Shown piece after piece: positions 1-10,244 of a stretch of 64,000 nucleotides of DNA; position 1 is the stretch's first letter, and each line of letters opens with the position of its first letter. A program made the translations under genes and the position numbers. The notes under the pieces are model-generated. The model saw nothing but the letters and a program-made list of their open reading frames with translations. It searched no databases and had not been told where the DNA came from. Origin of the DNA: Methylococcaceae bacterium (lineage in GTDB: Bacteria > Pseudomonadota > Gammaproteobacteria > Methylococcales > Methylomonadaceae). Location of the stretch: NCBI GenBank assembly GCA_021647585.1, contig JAKIUK010000014.1, forward strand, positions 3,785-67,784. The letters run 5' to 3'.

Positions 1-197
1 GTTTGGCAACCGGACCCCACTTACATTATGAATTTAGAGTTAATGGTGTACACAGAAATCCATTGACTGTAAAACTACCGCATGCGAAACCTATAAAAAA
101 ATCGTTATTAGCTGAATTTAAGAAACAAACGCAGCCGCTTATCGCGCAATTAAATAAAGTTAAAGCAAGCCACCTACTCGCTCAAAACCAACGATAA
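1..197 (+). CDS. M23/LytM-family metallopeptidase, C-terminal fragment (gene begins upstream of window)
   Basis: Frame-3 ORF open to the window edge; GPHLHYEFRVNGVHRNP carries the HxH zinc motif typical of M23 peptidases. Confidence 0.8.
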   Translation, partial: LATGPHLHYEFRVNGVHRNPLTVKLPHAKPIKKSLLAEFKKQTQPLIAQLNKVKASHLLAQNQR

Positions 198-201
198 GAA
201 T

Positions 202-1332
202 GTGTCCGAGCTTTATATTGGCCTGATGTCAGGCACCAGCGTCGATGGTATCGATGCGGCGCTGGTTGAGTTTGATGGGGATAAATATCAACTGATTGAT
301 TTTAACTACCTACCCTTTTCAGATTCACTTAAAAGCACTATACAACAGCTATCTCAACCTGATAACTCAATATCATTAAAAGAATATGGCGCTACTGACA
401 CGCATTTAGGCCTCTTGTTTGCCCAAGCTGCCAACAACCTGCTAGACAAAGCAAACATCAATCGTTCTGAAATTTTTGCCATAGGTAGTCATGGACAAAC
501 TATTTATCATGCTTCCAGCATATCATCCGCATTTTCCCTACAAATCGGTGACCCAAATATCATTGCAGAAAAAACCGGCATTACAACTGTTGCTGATTTT
601 CGCAGAAGAGATATCGCTGCGGGCGGTCAAGGCGCCCCTTTAGTCCCCGCGTTTCACCAAGCTTTTTTCTCCCAACAATTTGATTTAAAAAAACAAAATA
701 TTAGCATAATAAATATAGGTGGCATTGCTAACATTACCTATTTATCCTCAGATAAAACCATTGGTTTTGATATTGGCCCCGGCAACACATTAATGGATTA
801 CTGGATTCAAAAGAATTTAAACAAACCGTATGATTCTAATGGTGACTGGGCTAAAACGGGTACCGCAAATCCAGAGCTGATTAACCACTTAAAACAAGAC
901 CCATATTTCAAACTATCGCCGCCCAAAAGCACAGGTAAAGAATATTTCTCCTCCTCCTGGCTAAGCGAAAAAATCAGTCAATTCCCTGACTGCAGTGCAA
1001 CCAACATTCAAGCCAGTCTTTGCCAATTAACAGCCGACTCTATTACAGATGCTATTCAACAACATGCGCCGCAAACAGATCACACTTTAATCTGTGGTGG
1101 TGGCATACATAACGAACAATTGATCGGTTTCATTAGAAAAAACTTAACGCATCCAGTTACCTCTACAGCGGAATTCGGTATTAATCCAGATCATGTAGAA
1201 GCAATGGCGTTTGCCTGGCTGGCTAGACAAACGATAAATAATCTATCGGGTAACTTGATGGAGGTCACCGGTGCAAAAGCACCTGTGATATTGGGAGGGA
1301 TTTATCAGGGAACCAATTTTACTTTGTTATAA
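202..1332 (+). CDS. anmK: anhydro-N-acetylmuramic acid kinase
   Basis: 376 aa; N-terminal YIGLMSGTSVDGIDAALV and overall length match AnmK; GTG start. Confidence 0.9.
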   Translation: MSELYIGLMSGTSVDGIDAALVEFDGDKYQLIDFNYLPFSDSLKSTIQQLSQPDNSISLKEYGATDTHLGLLFAQAANNLLDKANINRSEIFAIGSHGQTIYHASSISSAFSLQIGDPNIIAEKTGITTVADFRRRDIAAGGQGAPLVPAFHQAFFSQQFDLKKQNISIINIGGIANITYLSSDKTIGFDIGPGNTLMDYWIQKNLNKPYDSNGDWAKTGTANPELINHLKQDPYFKLSPPKSTGKEYFSSSWLSEKISQFPDCSATNIQASLCQLTADSITDAIQQHAPQTDHTLICGGGIHNEQLIGFIRKNLTHPVTSTAEFGINPDHVEAMAFAWLARQTINNLSGNLMEVTGAKAPVILGGIYQGTNFTLL

Positions 1333-1398
1333 CTCACAAACACTTCGTTGTGCATTGTATCTACCCAAAGTATTATTTCGCTATTGTATTTCCATAAT

Positions 1399-1415
1399 GG
1401 TGCGTAGAACGCACC
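1399..1415. terminator. GC-rich hairpin between convergent anmK and erpA (possible terminator, no clear U-tract)
   Basis: GGTGCGT-aga-ACGCACC, 7-bp stem directly abutting the erpA stop codon. Confidence 0.3.
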
Positions 1416-1748
1416 CTACACTGAGAACGAAGAACCGCAACCGCACGTGGTACTTGCATTAGGGTTTCTTATAACAAACTGGGCACCGTTCAAATCTTCT
1501 TTGTAATCAATCTCAGCGCCATTTAAGTAACCCACACTCATGGAGTCGATCAAAACAGTCACCCCACCATTTTCAATCTGGGTATCATCATCATTGGTTT
1601 CTTCGTCAAAAGTAAACCCATATTGAAACCCTGAGCAACCGCCACCCGTAATATAAACCCTTAACTTAAGGTTATCATTACCCTCTTCAGTAATTAAAGC
1701 ACCTACTTTTTCAGCAGCGCTATCTGTAAAAATAATTGGATCAGCCAT
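1416..1748 (-). CDS. erpA: iron-sulfur cluster insertion protein ErpA (A-type carrier)
   Basis: 110 aa; [11 protein letters not shown] and C-terminal CGCGSSF cysteine motifs of IscA/ErpA family. Confidence 0.9.
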   Translation of the reverse strand: MADPIIFTDSAAEKVGALITEEGNDNLKLRVYITGGGCSGFQYGFTFDEETNDDDTQIENGGVTVLIDSMSVGYLNGAEIDYKEDLNGAQFVIRNPNASTTCGCGSSFSV

Positions 1749-1812
1749 TTAATTTGATTCCAGCTAGTAAATAAACTTTGATTATGACTATACCCAGCGT
1801 TTTAGTCAAGAA

Positions 1813-2853
1813 TCAAGGATATAGTGCAACTGTTGTCAGTCCCTGTTTTTCATCCAGTTCAAACATAAGATTCATGTTTTGCACTGCTTGACCTGCCGCG
1901 CCTTTTACCAGGTTATCTATCACTGATAAAACCACTACAGTATCACTGCCTTGTGGCTGATGTATGGCGATCTGACAGTTATTGCTACCCCGCACATTTC
2001 TGGTATCTGGATGCGTTCCTTGTGGAAGTACATCAACAAATTGTTCATTTTGGTAACGCTGCTCGAACAATGTCTGTACATCATTGATATCATCCGAACT
2101 TTTATTCAACCTGCCATATAAAGTAGCATGAATACCGCGAATCATTGGGGTTAAATGAGGTACAAAGATCAGGCCTATCGATTGATTAGCGACACCTTCC
2201 AGTCCCTGTGTAATTTCAGGTAAATGCCGATGTCCAGAGACCGCATAAGCTTTAAAGCTTTCCCCTGTTTCACTCATGAGAGCAGAAACTTGCGCTTTTC
2301 GACCTGCGCCACTCACCCCTGACTTTACATCTGCAATCAAATGAGAAAAATCAATCAGCTTATTTTCAATCAATGGCAAAAAACCTAACTGTACTGCGGT
2401 AGGATAACACCCGGGACAGGCCAATAGATTCGTCTGCTTAATCGCTACACGATTAATTTCAGGTAAGCCATAAACTGCCTGAGAGATTAAATCTGGACAG
2501 GCATGCTCCATTCCATACCATTTTGACCATTCCTTATCATCCTTAAATCTAAAATCTGCCGACAAATCAATCACTTTTACATTACGCGCCAGCAACTGCT
2601 CTGCCAGCAACATTGCAGTTCCATTAGGCGTGGCAAAAAATACCACTTCGCATTCAGCCAATGCATCCAGCTCTGGTACAGTAAAATCAACATTACATAA
2701 GCCGCGTAAACTGGGATATATGGCATCAACTCGTTGTCCTGCATCTGAACGAGAAGTAACTACTGTAACGTCAACATCTGGATGTAAAACCAGGATACGT
2801 AACAGTTCTACACCGGTATATCCAGTTCCACCTACTATTGCTGCCCGAATCAT
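1813..2853 (-). CDS. argC: N-acetyl-gamma-glutamyl-phosphate reductase
   Basis: 346 aa; N-terminal [16 protein letters not shown] Rossmann motif, PGCYPT active-site Cys region. Confidence 0.95.
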   Translation of the reverse strand: MIRAAIVGGTGYTGVELLRILVLHPDVDVTVVTSRSDAGQRVDAIYPSLRGLCNVDFTVPELDALAECEVVFFATPNGTAMLLAEQLLARNVKVIDLSADFRFKDDKEWSKWYGMEHACPDLISQAVYGLPEINRVAIKQTNLLACPGCYPTAVQLGFLPLIENKLIDFSHLIADVKSGVSGAGRKAQVSALMSETGESFKAYAVSGHRHLPEITQGLEGVANQSIGLIFVPHLTPMIRGIHATLYGRLNKSSDDINDVQTLFEQRYQNEQFVDVLPQGTHPDTRNVRGSNNCQIAIHQPQGSDTVVVLSVIDNLVKGAAGQAVQNMNLMFELDEKQGLTTVALYP

Positions 2854-2938
2854 TTTTATTTCAACCTCTTATACTTAATAATTACTATATATAATACCTG
2901 TTATGATTATTAACTCTTAGTCTTTTATCTCTATAACC

Positions 2939-3904
2939 ATGCTCGCTATTGAAATATCCGACCATGCATTACAGCATACTGATCGCCCTGTTCCTGAACC
3001 ATCTGAAACAGACGTTTTAATAAAAGTTGCAGCCGCCGGAGTCAACCGTCCAGATATTATGCAGCGTAAAGGCTTATACCCTGCTCCATCAGGCGCTTCA
3101 GATATACCGGGACTGGAAGTATCGGGTACGGTAATTAAGACAGGCAATCATGCCAAGCATATTAAAACAGGTGACACAGTATGCGCTTTGGTCACGGGAG
3201 GTGGCTATGCTGAATATTGTATTGCCAATGCAGATTTATGCCTTCCCATCCCTAACAACTTTAATTTTATTCAAGCTGCCGCACTGCCCGAAACTTTTTT
3301 TACTGTCTGGAGTAATGTTTTTGATCGAGCCCAATTAAAGGAACATGAATCACTGCTGATTCATGGTGGTAGTAGTGGCATAGGTACTACTGCCATACAA
3401 CTAGCAAAAGCTTTTGGTGCCATTGTTTTTGTGACTGCCGGATCATCGGTAAAATGTAACTTTTGCATTCAACTGGGAGCAGATGCCGCAATTAACTACA
3501 ACGACAAGGACTTTGTCAGTGAAATCGATCAAATAACTCAGGGCAGAGGTGTAAATGTGATATTGGATATAATAGGCGGTGATTATTTTTCACGAAATTT
3601 GAAATGCATGGGGGTTGATGGCAGACTAGTGCAGATAGCTATTCAAAACGGTCCTAAAGCCGAAGTTAATTTATTGCCTATTATGCTTAAACGATTAACT
3701 ATTACCGGCTCAACCCTGCGAGCCAGAAACAATGCCTTTAAAAAAGACATTGCTGACGCTTTATTGAAAAATGTATGGCCTTTACTGGAATCCGGTAAAA
3801 TTAAGCCTATCAATAATAGTACATTTGCACTGGAAAAAGCTGATAAAGCCCATCAATTACTGGAAAGCAGTCAACACATTGGAAAAATTATATTAACGGT
3901 TTAA
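2939..3904 (+). CDS. NAD(P)H:quinone oxidoreductase, MDR superfamily (Qor/PIG3-like)
   Basis: 321 aa; GVNRPD, GGGYAEY, HGGSSGIGTTAIQLAK nucleotide-binding motif. Confidence 0.85.
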   Translation: MLAIEISDHALQHTDRPVPEPSETDVLIKVAAAGVNRPDIMQRKGLYPAPSGASDIPGLEVSGTVIKTGNHAKHIKTGDTVCALVTGGGYAEYCIANADLCLPIPNNFNFIQAAALPETFFTVWSNVFDRAQLKEHESLLIHGGSSGIGTTAIQLAKAFGAIVFVTAGSSVKCNFCIQLGADAAINYNDKDFVSEIDQITQGRGVNVILDIIGGDYFSRNLKCMGVDGRLVQIAIQNGPKAEVNLLPIMLKRLTITGSTLRARNNAFKKDIADALLKNVWPLLESGKIKPINNSTFALEKADKAHQLLESSQHIGKIILTV

Positions 3905-3908
3905 CCCC

Positions 3909-4754
3909 ATGAGCTACACAACACTTGTTTCAACTGAAATACTTAAGCAACACCTCAATAATTCCAGCTGGGTTTTGATAGACTGCCGTTTTTCTTTGGC
4001 AGATGTTAATGCTGGCGCTAAAGCTTATCGTATGGGCCATATCCCAAATGCGCGTTATGCTCATCTTGATATTGATTTATCATCGTCCATTAAAGACACT
4101 ACAGGACGCCACCCTCTACCAGACTTTAAACAGTTAGCAAAAAAACTGGGCCTCTGGGGAGTATCAAATAAAACTCAGGTTATTGTTTATGATGGTGGCA
4201 ATGGGGCTTTTGCAGGTAGACTATGGTGGCTCCTACGTTGTATGGGACACGATTCTGTTGCCGTGTTGAACGGTGGTATTAATCAATGGCAAAAACAAGA
4301 CCTGCCATTAACAACAACCTTACCAAGCATTACTGCTAAGACTTTCAGGGCTTATATTAATCATTCCGACTGGCTCACCGCATCGCAAGTTAGCAACGGC
4401 CTGGCTACAAAAAAAATTAAATTAATTGATGCCCGCACAGCAACAAGATTTCGAGGTGAGATTGAACCGATAGACACTGTTGCAGGCCACATCCCGCATG
4501 CAATCAACAGAGATTTTCAGTTAAACCTTGATAAAAACGGGATGTTTTTAACTGCCAATGATTTACATGAACAATTCATCAATTTACTGGGAACAACAGA
4601 CCCAAAACAAGTTGTGCATATGTGCGGCTCTGGTGTGACTGCCTGTCATAACCTGTTAGCAATGGAATATGCTGATTTATCCGGCTCAAAGCTTTACGCT
4701 GGATCCTGGAGTGAGTGGATAAAAAATGCTAATCACTCCATAACCGGCGTTTAA
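3909..4754 (+). CDS. sseA: 3-mercaptopyruvate/thiosulfate sulfurtransferase (tandem rhodanese)
   Basis: 281 aa; two rhodanese halves, catalytic loop CGSGVTAC, GHIPNA and GHIPHA motifs. Confidence 0.85.
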   Translation: MSYTTLVSTEILKQHLNNSSWVLIDCRFSLADVNAGAKAYRMGHIPNARYAHLDIDLSSSIKDTTGRHPLPDFKQLAKKLGLWGVSNKTQVIVYDGGNGAFAGRLWWLLRCMGHDSVAVLNGGINQWQKQDLPLTTTLPSITAKTFRAYINHSDWLTASQVSNGLATKKIKLIDARTATRFRGEIEPIDTVAGHIPHAINRDFQLNLDKNGMFLTANDLHEQFINLLGTTDPKQVVHMCGSGVTACHNLLAMEYADLSGSKLYAGSWSEWIKNANHSITGV

Positions 4755-4828
4755 CATGCTTATCTAATTAATTTGTTCCTATGCTTAAGAACACAACCCA
4801 GACTATGCCAAACACTAATCCCTATATC

Positions 4829-5014
4829 TCATTTTAGAATGTTTACAGTATCTAGAGATGTTCTTCTATCTACAAACCCCGACCTAACAACTTGTCGTCT
4901 ATCACTTTTTCTTCTGTCAGGCATAAGCTGGCTACGTGAAAATGTACTGGTAACTAAATAGGATATAACTACTGCAACAATAAGATAAATAATTAGAAAC
5001 AAAACAAAACTCAT
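4829..5014 (-). CDS. hypothetical small membrane protein (one N-terminal TM helix, Arg-rich tail)
   Basis: 61-aa ORF; purine-rich GGTGGGGGG just upstream of the ATG; hydrophobic N-terminus then DRRKSDRR...DRR tail; no homology recognised. Confidence 0.3.
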   Translation of the reverse strand: MSFVLFLIIYLIVAVVISYLVTSTFSRSQLMPDRRKSDRRQVVRSGFVDRRTSLDTVNILK

Positions 5015-5364
5015 GACACCCCCCCACCTAAAACCACTCTAACTTAAGCGAGACTCTTTTTGTCGCTTTTAGTTCATTATAAAGAAGATAAAAAAAATTA
5101 CTAGAACATGATTTATTAATTCAACTATTAAATTAAAATTAATAACTCAATTTTTTGAATTTATGACTCCATTATGAAAAAATGACATGCTATAAAAACT
5201 CTTTTTCTTGCTGCAGTCGTTACTAATAAGTTATACGATCTAAGATTATGATATACAGCAAGACTACCCGAAAATAGAGAAATGCTATGGAAAAACTCCT
5301 TACCACGGCTTCTATCCCTGAGCAGTCTCTTAACAAAACCTAACTTTTACAGGGAAATACACCG

Positions 5365-6780
5365 ATGCCTGAACGTGAAAAAAAACATCTAACATTACAG
5401 AAAGCCTTAGAAATTAATCTCGACAACTGTAAATATGGAACCATTGTTGAAATTGGAGCGGGTCAGGAGGTTGCCAGAAACTTTTTTAGAGCAGGTGGGG
5501 CCGCAGGAACAGTTGCCAAAACCATGTCTGCCTATGATATGCAAGTCAGTGATGATGTTTATGGTACTGAAGAATCAGGCCGCTATGTTAGTCACAGCCG
5601 TCTCATAAAAATGCTGAATAAAGAATTTACAGCAGTAACAGAGCTGTTAACAACATCACGACCTAAAAATACTACGTTTTTTTCTTATGCTGCCACAGTC
5701 ACAGCAAAAAGCTACCTACATAAAAATGAATGTCATGGCTGGATAGGGATTCGACTACAACTTTACAGAAAAGCTGAACCCAGTGATATTGTTTTACATG
5801 TGCGTATGCTGGACAATGATGGTAGCGCCCAACAAGAAGCTCTGGGTGTCATTGGGGTTAATTTAATTCACGCAGCTTATAATTACTTTACTCAACCCAA
5901 AAAAATCATTGAATCTTTAGTTGATGATCTGGAGCCTGGGCGCCTTGAAATCGATATGATTAATTTTTCAGGACCTTATTTTGAAGAAACTGAAAATAGA
6001 TTAATGAACCTGCACCTAATTCACAACAATCTAACGCACGCAATCATGTTTAACCCGCAAGGGGAAGTACAAATACCGGCTGAATTATTATATAAGAAAA
6101 ACATTCTTGTTATTCGCGGATCATTTAAGCCCTTAACAAAAGTTCATCTTGATATGACCAAATGCGGCCAGGAACACTTCAATCAAATGGAATATATCGA
6201 TACAGATAAAACCATTGTGTTGGCTGAACTTTCCATGGCCAGTCTGACTGTCGGTGATCAAATGGACGATAATGACTTTCTTGCCCGTGTTGATATGCTC
6301 AATACACAAGGATATACCGTAATGATTTCCGATTATTTACGTTATTTCCGCTTACGTCAGCATTTCCGCCGTTATACCCAACAGCAAATTGGCATGATTT
6401 TAGGTATTACCAACCTGGCCCTGATTTTTACTGAAGAATACTATAACAATCTGGAAGGTGGTGCATTGGAGGCCTTTGCTAAATTATTTCCAGATAATAC
6501 CCACTTGTATATTTATCCCATGAAAAGCGAGGAGCAAGAACTCATCACAGCTGATAATTTTAAACCGCCTAAAGCATTACGACATCTATATCAACACTTT
6601 TTAGAAAATGGTTATTTAACCGGTTTGGATAATTTCGATGACCGTTTGCTTCATATTAACCCTACTGAAGTACATAAGGAGATAAAAAAAGGGCGCGGTG
6701 ATTGGGAAAACGATGTGCCGGAATCTATTGCTGAAATGGTTATAAATAAAAAATTATTGGGCTTTGCTAATAGTAAATAG
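5365..6780 (+). CDS. uncharacterised conserved-looking protein (471 aa), no assignable domain
   Basis: Long ORF with balanced, non-repetitive composition, AGGGA 10 nt upstream of ATG, no overlapping alternative; no catalytic motif recognised. Confidence 0.75.
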   Translation: MPEREKKHLTLQKALEINLDNCKYGTIVEIGAGQEVARNFFRAGGAAGTVAKTMSAYDMQVSDDVYGTEESGRYVSHSRLIKMLNKEFTAVTELLTTSRPKNTTFFSYAATVTAKSYLHKNECHGWIGIRLQLYRKAEPSDIVLHVRMLDNDGSAQQEALGVIGVNLIHAAYNYFTQPKKIIESLVDDLEPGRLEIDMINFSGPYFEETENRLMNLHLIHNNLTHAIMFNPQGEVQIPAELLYKKNILVIRGSFKPLTKVHLDMTKCGQEHFNQMEYIDTDKTIVLAELSMASLTVGDQMDDNDFLARVDMLNTQGYTVMISDYLRYFRLRQHFRRYTQQQIGMILGITNLALIFTEEYYNNLEGGALEAFAKLFPDNTHLYIYPMKSEEQELITADNFKPPKALRHLYQHFLENGYLTGLDNFDDRLLHINPTEVHKEIKKGRGDWENDVPESIAEMVINKKLLGFANSK

Positions 6781-7082
6781 TCTTTTAGACACATCAGATA
6801 AATCATCTGAGCAACTAAAAACATCTATATTAATCAGGAATAATTTAAATTTTTTTCAGTTTTAAAACCTCACTAAATGATTGTGAAGTGGCTACACTAA
6901 ACTGGACACTATGCCTTTGATCACCAGCCACATCCACCCTTATAAATTATTATTTATCAAAAATAGTTACTAGTTTTTATTTGTCAGTATAAAACACACC
7001 AATATTTTTATTCCATAAAACATAAACCATTCCTTGTTATCTTGATATGATCTTCATAGGACATATACCTATGTAAACAGTG

Positions 7083-10004
7083 ATGAAAACCAGAAATAAA
7101 TCCCGATATTCTCTGCATATTACTATCAGTTCTTTGTTTGTTAGTTTGATTATTGTTTTTGCAATCCTGATCAGCTGGCAAAACTATAGAAAAACCTCTG
7201 AAATTATTATATCCACGGGTAACCAGGTCTTTGATCAAATCAATAGAGAGTTACTACTCGATTTGCAAGGAACCCGCGACTCAGTGACTCAGGCTGTCGA
7301 CATATTAGCATTAACGCCAATTAACAGTGCAGGATCACTACAAGAACGCATACAATCACTGCCTATATTGAGTATCGCTTTGCGCAATGAACCACAAATG
7401 TCTGCAATTCAGGTGGGTTATGACAACGGCGATTATTTTATTATTCGCCCAGTAAATTCTGAATTTGTTCGAGATAAATTCACCGCCCCTTTGCAATCAG
7501 CATTCATCGTCGACCATATTGATACTGATAATCAAGGTAGACGACAGTTATTGCGATTATTTTTTAATCAGGATTTAGTTGAAATATCTCGTGATAAACC
7601 GGTTGCTACACAATATGACCCTCGCGAACGACCCTGGTATAAATTAGCCCAGGAAAATAGCCAGGTAAAAGCAACCAAACCTTATTTGTTTTATTTTTTT
7701 CGTAAAGTGGGTAGTACTTTTACCGTAGAAACCCCTGTGGCCGGCGTTGTACTCGCGGCTGATATTTTACTGGACCAACTTTCTCAAAACCTTGCCCGGT
7801 TTAGCTTAACCCCAAGCACTGAAGTTGTATTATTCGGTAATGATGCCAATGCTTTAGCCTACCAGGATATGGAACGGTTAATTATTCGGGAAGATAACAA
7901 TCAATTTAAAATCGCTAAACTTTCCCAACTAGGTAGTGAAGTACTTACTTTTCTAAGCAAAGACTTGAAACTTGAAAACCAGTCGTTAAATTTTTCTTTT
8001 CATCATCAACGCTGGCTAGGTGCGGTACGCAAACTGAAAATTGCAGTAGGGATAGATCTCTATGTACTCATGGTCTCACCAGAAAAAGAATTACTTAGCA
8101 AGGCCATAAGTATCCGCTGGCAATCCGTCATGATTACTGCATTGATTTTGCTTGCAACTTTGCCGTTAGTCTGGTTATTTGCCAGAAAAATTTCCCGACC
8201 CATCCGCCTGCTTGCTAACGAAGCCTTATTGATCAGTCATTTTAATTTTAGTTCTCCGGTTAATAACCCTTCAATGATCAGAGAAGTCGACGAACTCAGT
8301 ATAGCTATGAAGTTAATGAAAGACACCATCAGTAAGTTTCTATCATTAATAAACTCTTTAGCGGGTGAGTCCAACTTTGCTTCTTTGTTACAACGTATCA
8401 ATCTGGAAACAATGCAGATTAGTCAGGCGGATGCTGCTATAACCTATTTATTAGATGATAATGGAAAGACATTACATCCCAGCACTTTACACGATTGTCA
8501 GCATGGCCTTATGGATGTTGAAGAGATACTCTCTATTTCCTTAACTGATAAAAATGCTCTGGCTCAAGCCGTGACTAAAAATAGCAGCAGTCTGATCCCA
8601 TTAAACAACAACCAGCCCAAACAATTACAGCAATTGCTAAAACTATTACATGCTGAAACGGGGGATATGATCGCAATGCCTCTACGTAACAGAGAGCATG
8701 ATTTGATTGGTATTCTTTGTCTACTTTATCAGCATGATGACAAAGACCTGTTAAAAAATGAACAGATTTCTTTCGTTCAGGCATTATCCGGTTTTGCTGC
8801 AGTATCTTTGGAAAGCCAGCGTTTATTAATGATGCAGAAAGCATTATTAGATTCTTTCATTAAACTTATAGCTGGCGCGATTGATTCAAAATCACCTTAT
8901 ACTGGCGGTCATTGTCAACGCGTACCTGAACTTACCAGGCTTTTAGCTCAGGCTGCCTGTGACTGTAAAGAGCCACCTTTTGAGCAATTTCAGCTTAATG
9001 ATAAGTCATGGGAAGCCTTGCATATAGCTAGCTGGTTGCATGATTGTGGCAAAGTCACTACGCCTGACTATGTGGTCGATAAATCAACTAAACTTGAAAC
9101 CATTTATGACAGGCTACATGAAATCAGAATGCGCTTTGAAGTGTTAAAAAGAGATGCTGAGATCCGCTACTGGCAAAATATTGTCGCTGGAGAAGACCAG
9201 GACGACCTAAAACAAAACTTGTCAGCAGAATGGCGGCAATTAGATCAAGATTTTGCATTTATTGCTAAATGTAATGAAGGGGGTGAATTTATGCTCCCGG
9301 AAAATATCGTACGATTACAAAAGATTGCTGAATATACCTGGATCAGAACTTTGGATGATTGTATAGGGCTATCCTGGGAAGAAAAACAGCGAAAACAGAA
9401 AACCCCGAAAAAAACCTTACCCACTGAAGAAAAAATACTCGCTGATAAGATCGATCATCTAATAGAACATGATGTTAATGATCAGATTCCTGAAGATAAC
9501 CCCTGGGGCTTTCATCTTCAAGTGCCTCAATATAAATACAACCGAGGCGAGCTATATAATCTTCAAGTAAGTCGAGGCACCCTTACTAAAGAAGAACGAT
9601 ATAAAATCAATGACCATATTGTCCAGACCATTATTATGCTGGAAAAATTACCTTACCCTAAACACCTGAGAGATGTTCCCAGTATTGCAGGAGCTCACCA
9701 TGAAAAAATGGATGGCACCGGTTACCCAAAGCAATTAACTCAACAACAAATGCCTCTAACAGCCAGAATAATGGCTATTGCCGATATTTTTGAAGCATTA
9801 ACGGCTTCTGACCGTCCCTACAAAAAAGCGAATACCTTAAGTGAATCAATAACTATTATGGCAACTATGTCTAAGCAACGGCATATTGATAGTGACTTAT
9901 TTAAATTGTTTCTCAGCAGTGGTGCCTATCTGGAATATGGTAAAAAATATTTGCAACCTGAACAGATAGATAACGTTGATATTGCTCAATACTTAACAAA
10001 ATAA
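7083..10004 (+). CDS. membrane sensor HD-GYP phosphodiesterase (periplasmic Cache-like domain, HAMP, GAF-like, HD-GYP)
   Basis: Two TM segments flank a roughly 300-aa periplasmic region; HAMP-like RKISRPIRLLANEA; WLHDCGK and HHEKMDGTGYP motifs; GTG at 7080 is an alternative start. Confidence 0.9.
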   Translation: MKTRNKSRYSLHITISSLFVSLIIVFAILISWQNYRKTSEIIISTGNQVFDQINRELLLDLQGTRDSVTQAVDILALTPINSAGSLQERIQSLPILSIALRNEPQMSAIQVGYDNGDYFIIRPVNSEFVRDKFTAPLQSAFIVDHIDTDNQGRRQLLRLFFNQDLVEISRDKPVATQYDPRERPWYKLAQENSQVKATKPYLFYFFRKVGSTFTVETPVAGVVLAADILLDQLSQNLARFSLTPSTEVVLFGNDANALAYQDMERLIIREDNNQFKIAKLSQLGSEVLTFLSKDLKLENQSLNFSFHHQRWLGAVRKLKIAVGIDLYVLMVSPEKELLSKAISIRWQSVMITALILLATLPLVWLFARKISRPIRLLANEALLISHFNFSSPVNNPSMIREVDELSIAMKLMKDTISKFLSLINSLAGESNFASLLQRINLETMQISQADAAITYLLDDNGKTLHPSTLHDCQHGLMDVEEILSISLTDKNALAQAVTKNSSSLIPLNNNQPKQLQQLLKLLHAETGDMIAMPLRNREHDLIGILCLLYQHDDKDLLKNEQISFVQALSGFAAVSLESQRLLMMQKALLDSFIKLIAGAIDSKSPYTGGHCQRVPELTRLLAQAACDCKEPPFEQFQLNDKSWEALHIASWLHDCGKVTTPDYVVDKSTKLETIYDRLHEIRMRFEVLKRDAEIRYWQNIVAGEDQDDLKQNLSAEWRQLDQDFAFIAKCNEGGEFMLPENIVRLQKIAEYTWIRTLDDCIGLSWEEKQRKQKTPKKTLPTEEKILADKIDHLIEHDVNDQIPEDNPWGFHLQVPQYKYNRGELYNLQVSRGTLTKEERYKINDHIVQTIIMLEKLPYPKHLRDVPSIAGAHHEKMDGTGYPKQLTQQQMPLTARIMAIADIFEALTASDRPYKKANTLSESITIMATMSKQRHIDSDLFKLFLSSGAYLEYGKKYLQPEQIDNVDIAQYLTK

Positions 10005-10053
10005 CAAGAAAAAATAGCTCTCCTCCCTTACAATAGCACATTTATAAAAACTC

Positions 10054-10240
10054 ACCTGATTACCCATGAGCCTCCGCCTTATAGATGAGAAAAACGGTGA
10101 CACCTTACACACCGTCATCCCCGAGGTATTTTATCGGGGATCTATTCATGCAAAAAATAGATTCCTGCTAAGAGAATGCAGGAATGACGGGCTGTGTGGT
10201 TACTTTTTTCAAAATGGCGAAAGCTCATGGGTAATCAGGT
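10054..10240. mobile_element. MITE-like non-autonomous element (187 bp, perfect 18-bp TIRs, flanking AAACTC duplication)
   Basis: ACCTGATTACCCATGAGC at 10054-10071 is the exact reverse complement of 10223-10240; AAACTC at 10048-10053 and 10241-10246; three internal stem-loops; no ORF. Confidence 0.55.
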
Positions 10241-10244
10241 AAAC

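Noticed and set aside
2630-3338. Small ORFs at 2630-2878 (+), 2917-3147 (-) and 3150-3338 (+)
   Set aside because: They are antisense or out-of-frame overlaps with argC and the Qor-like gene.
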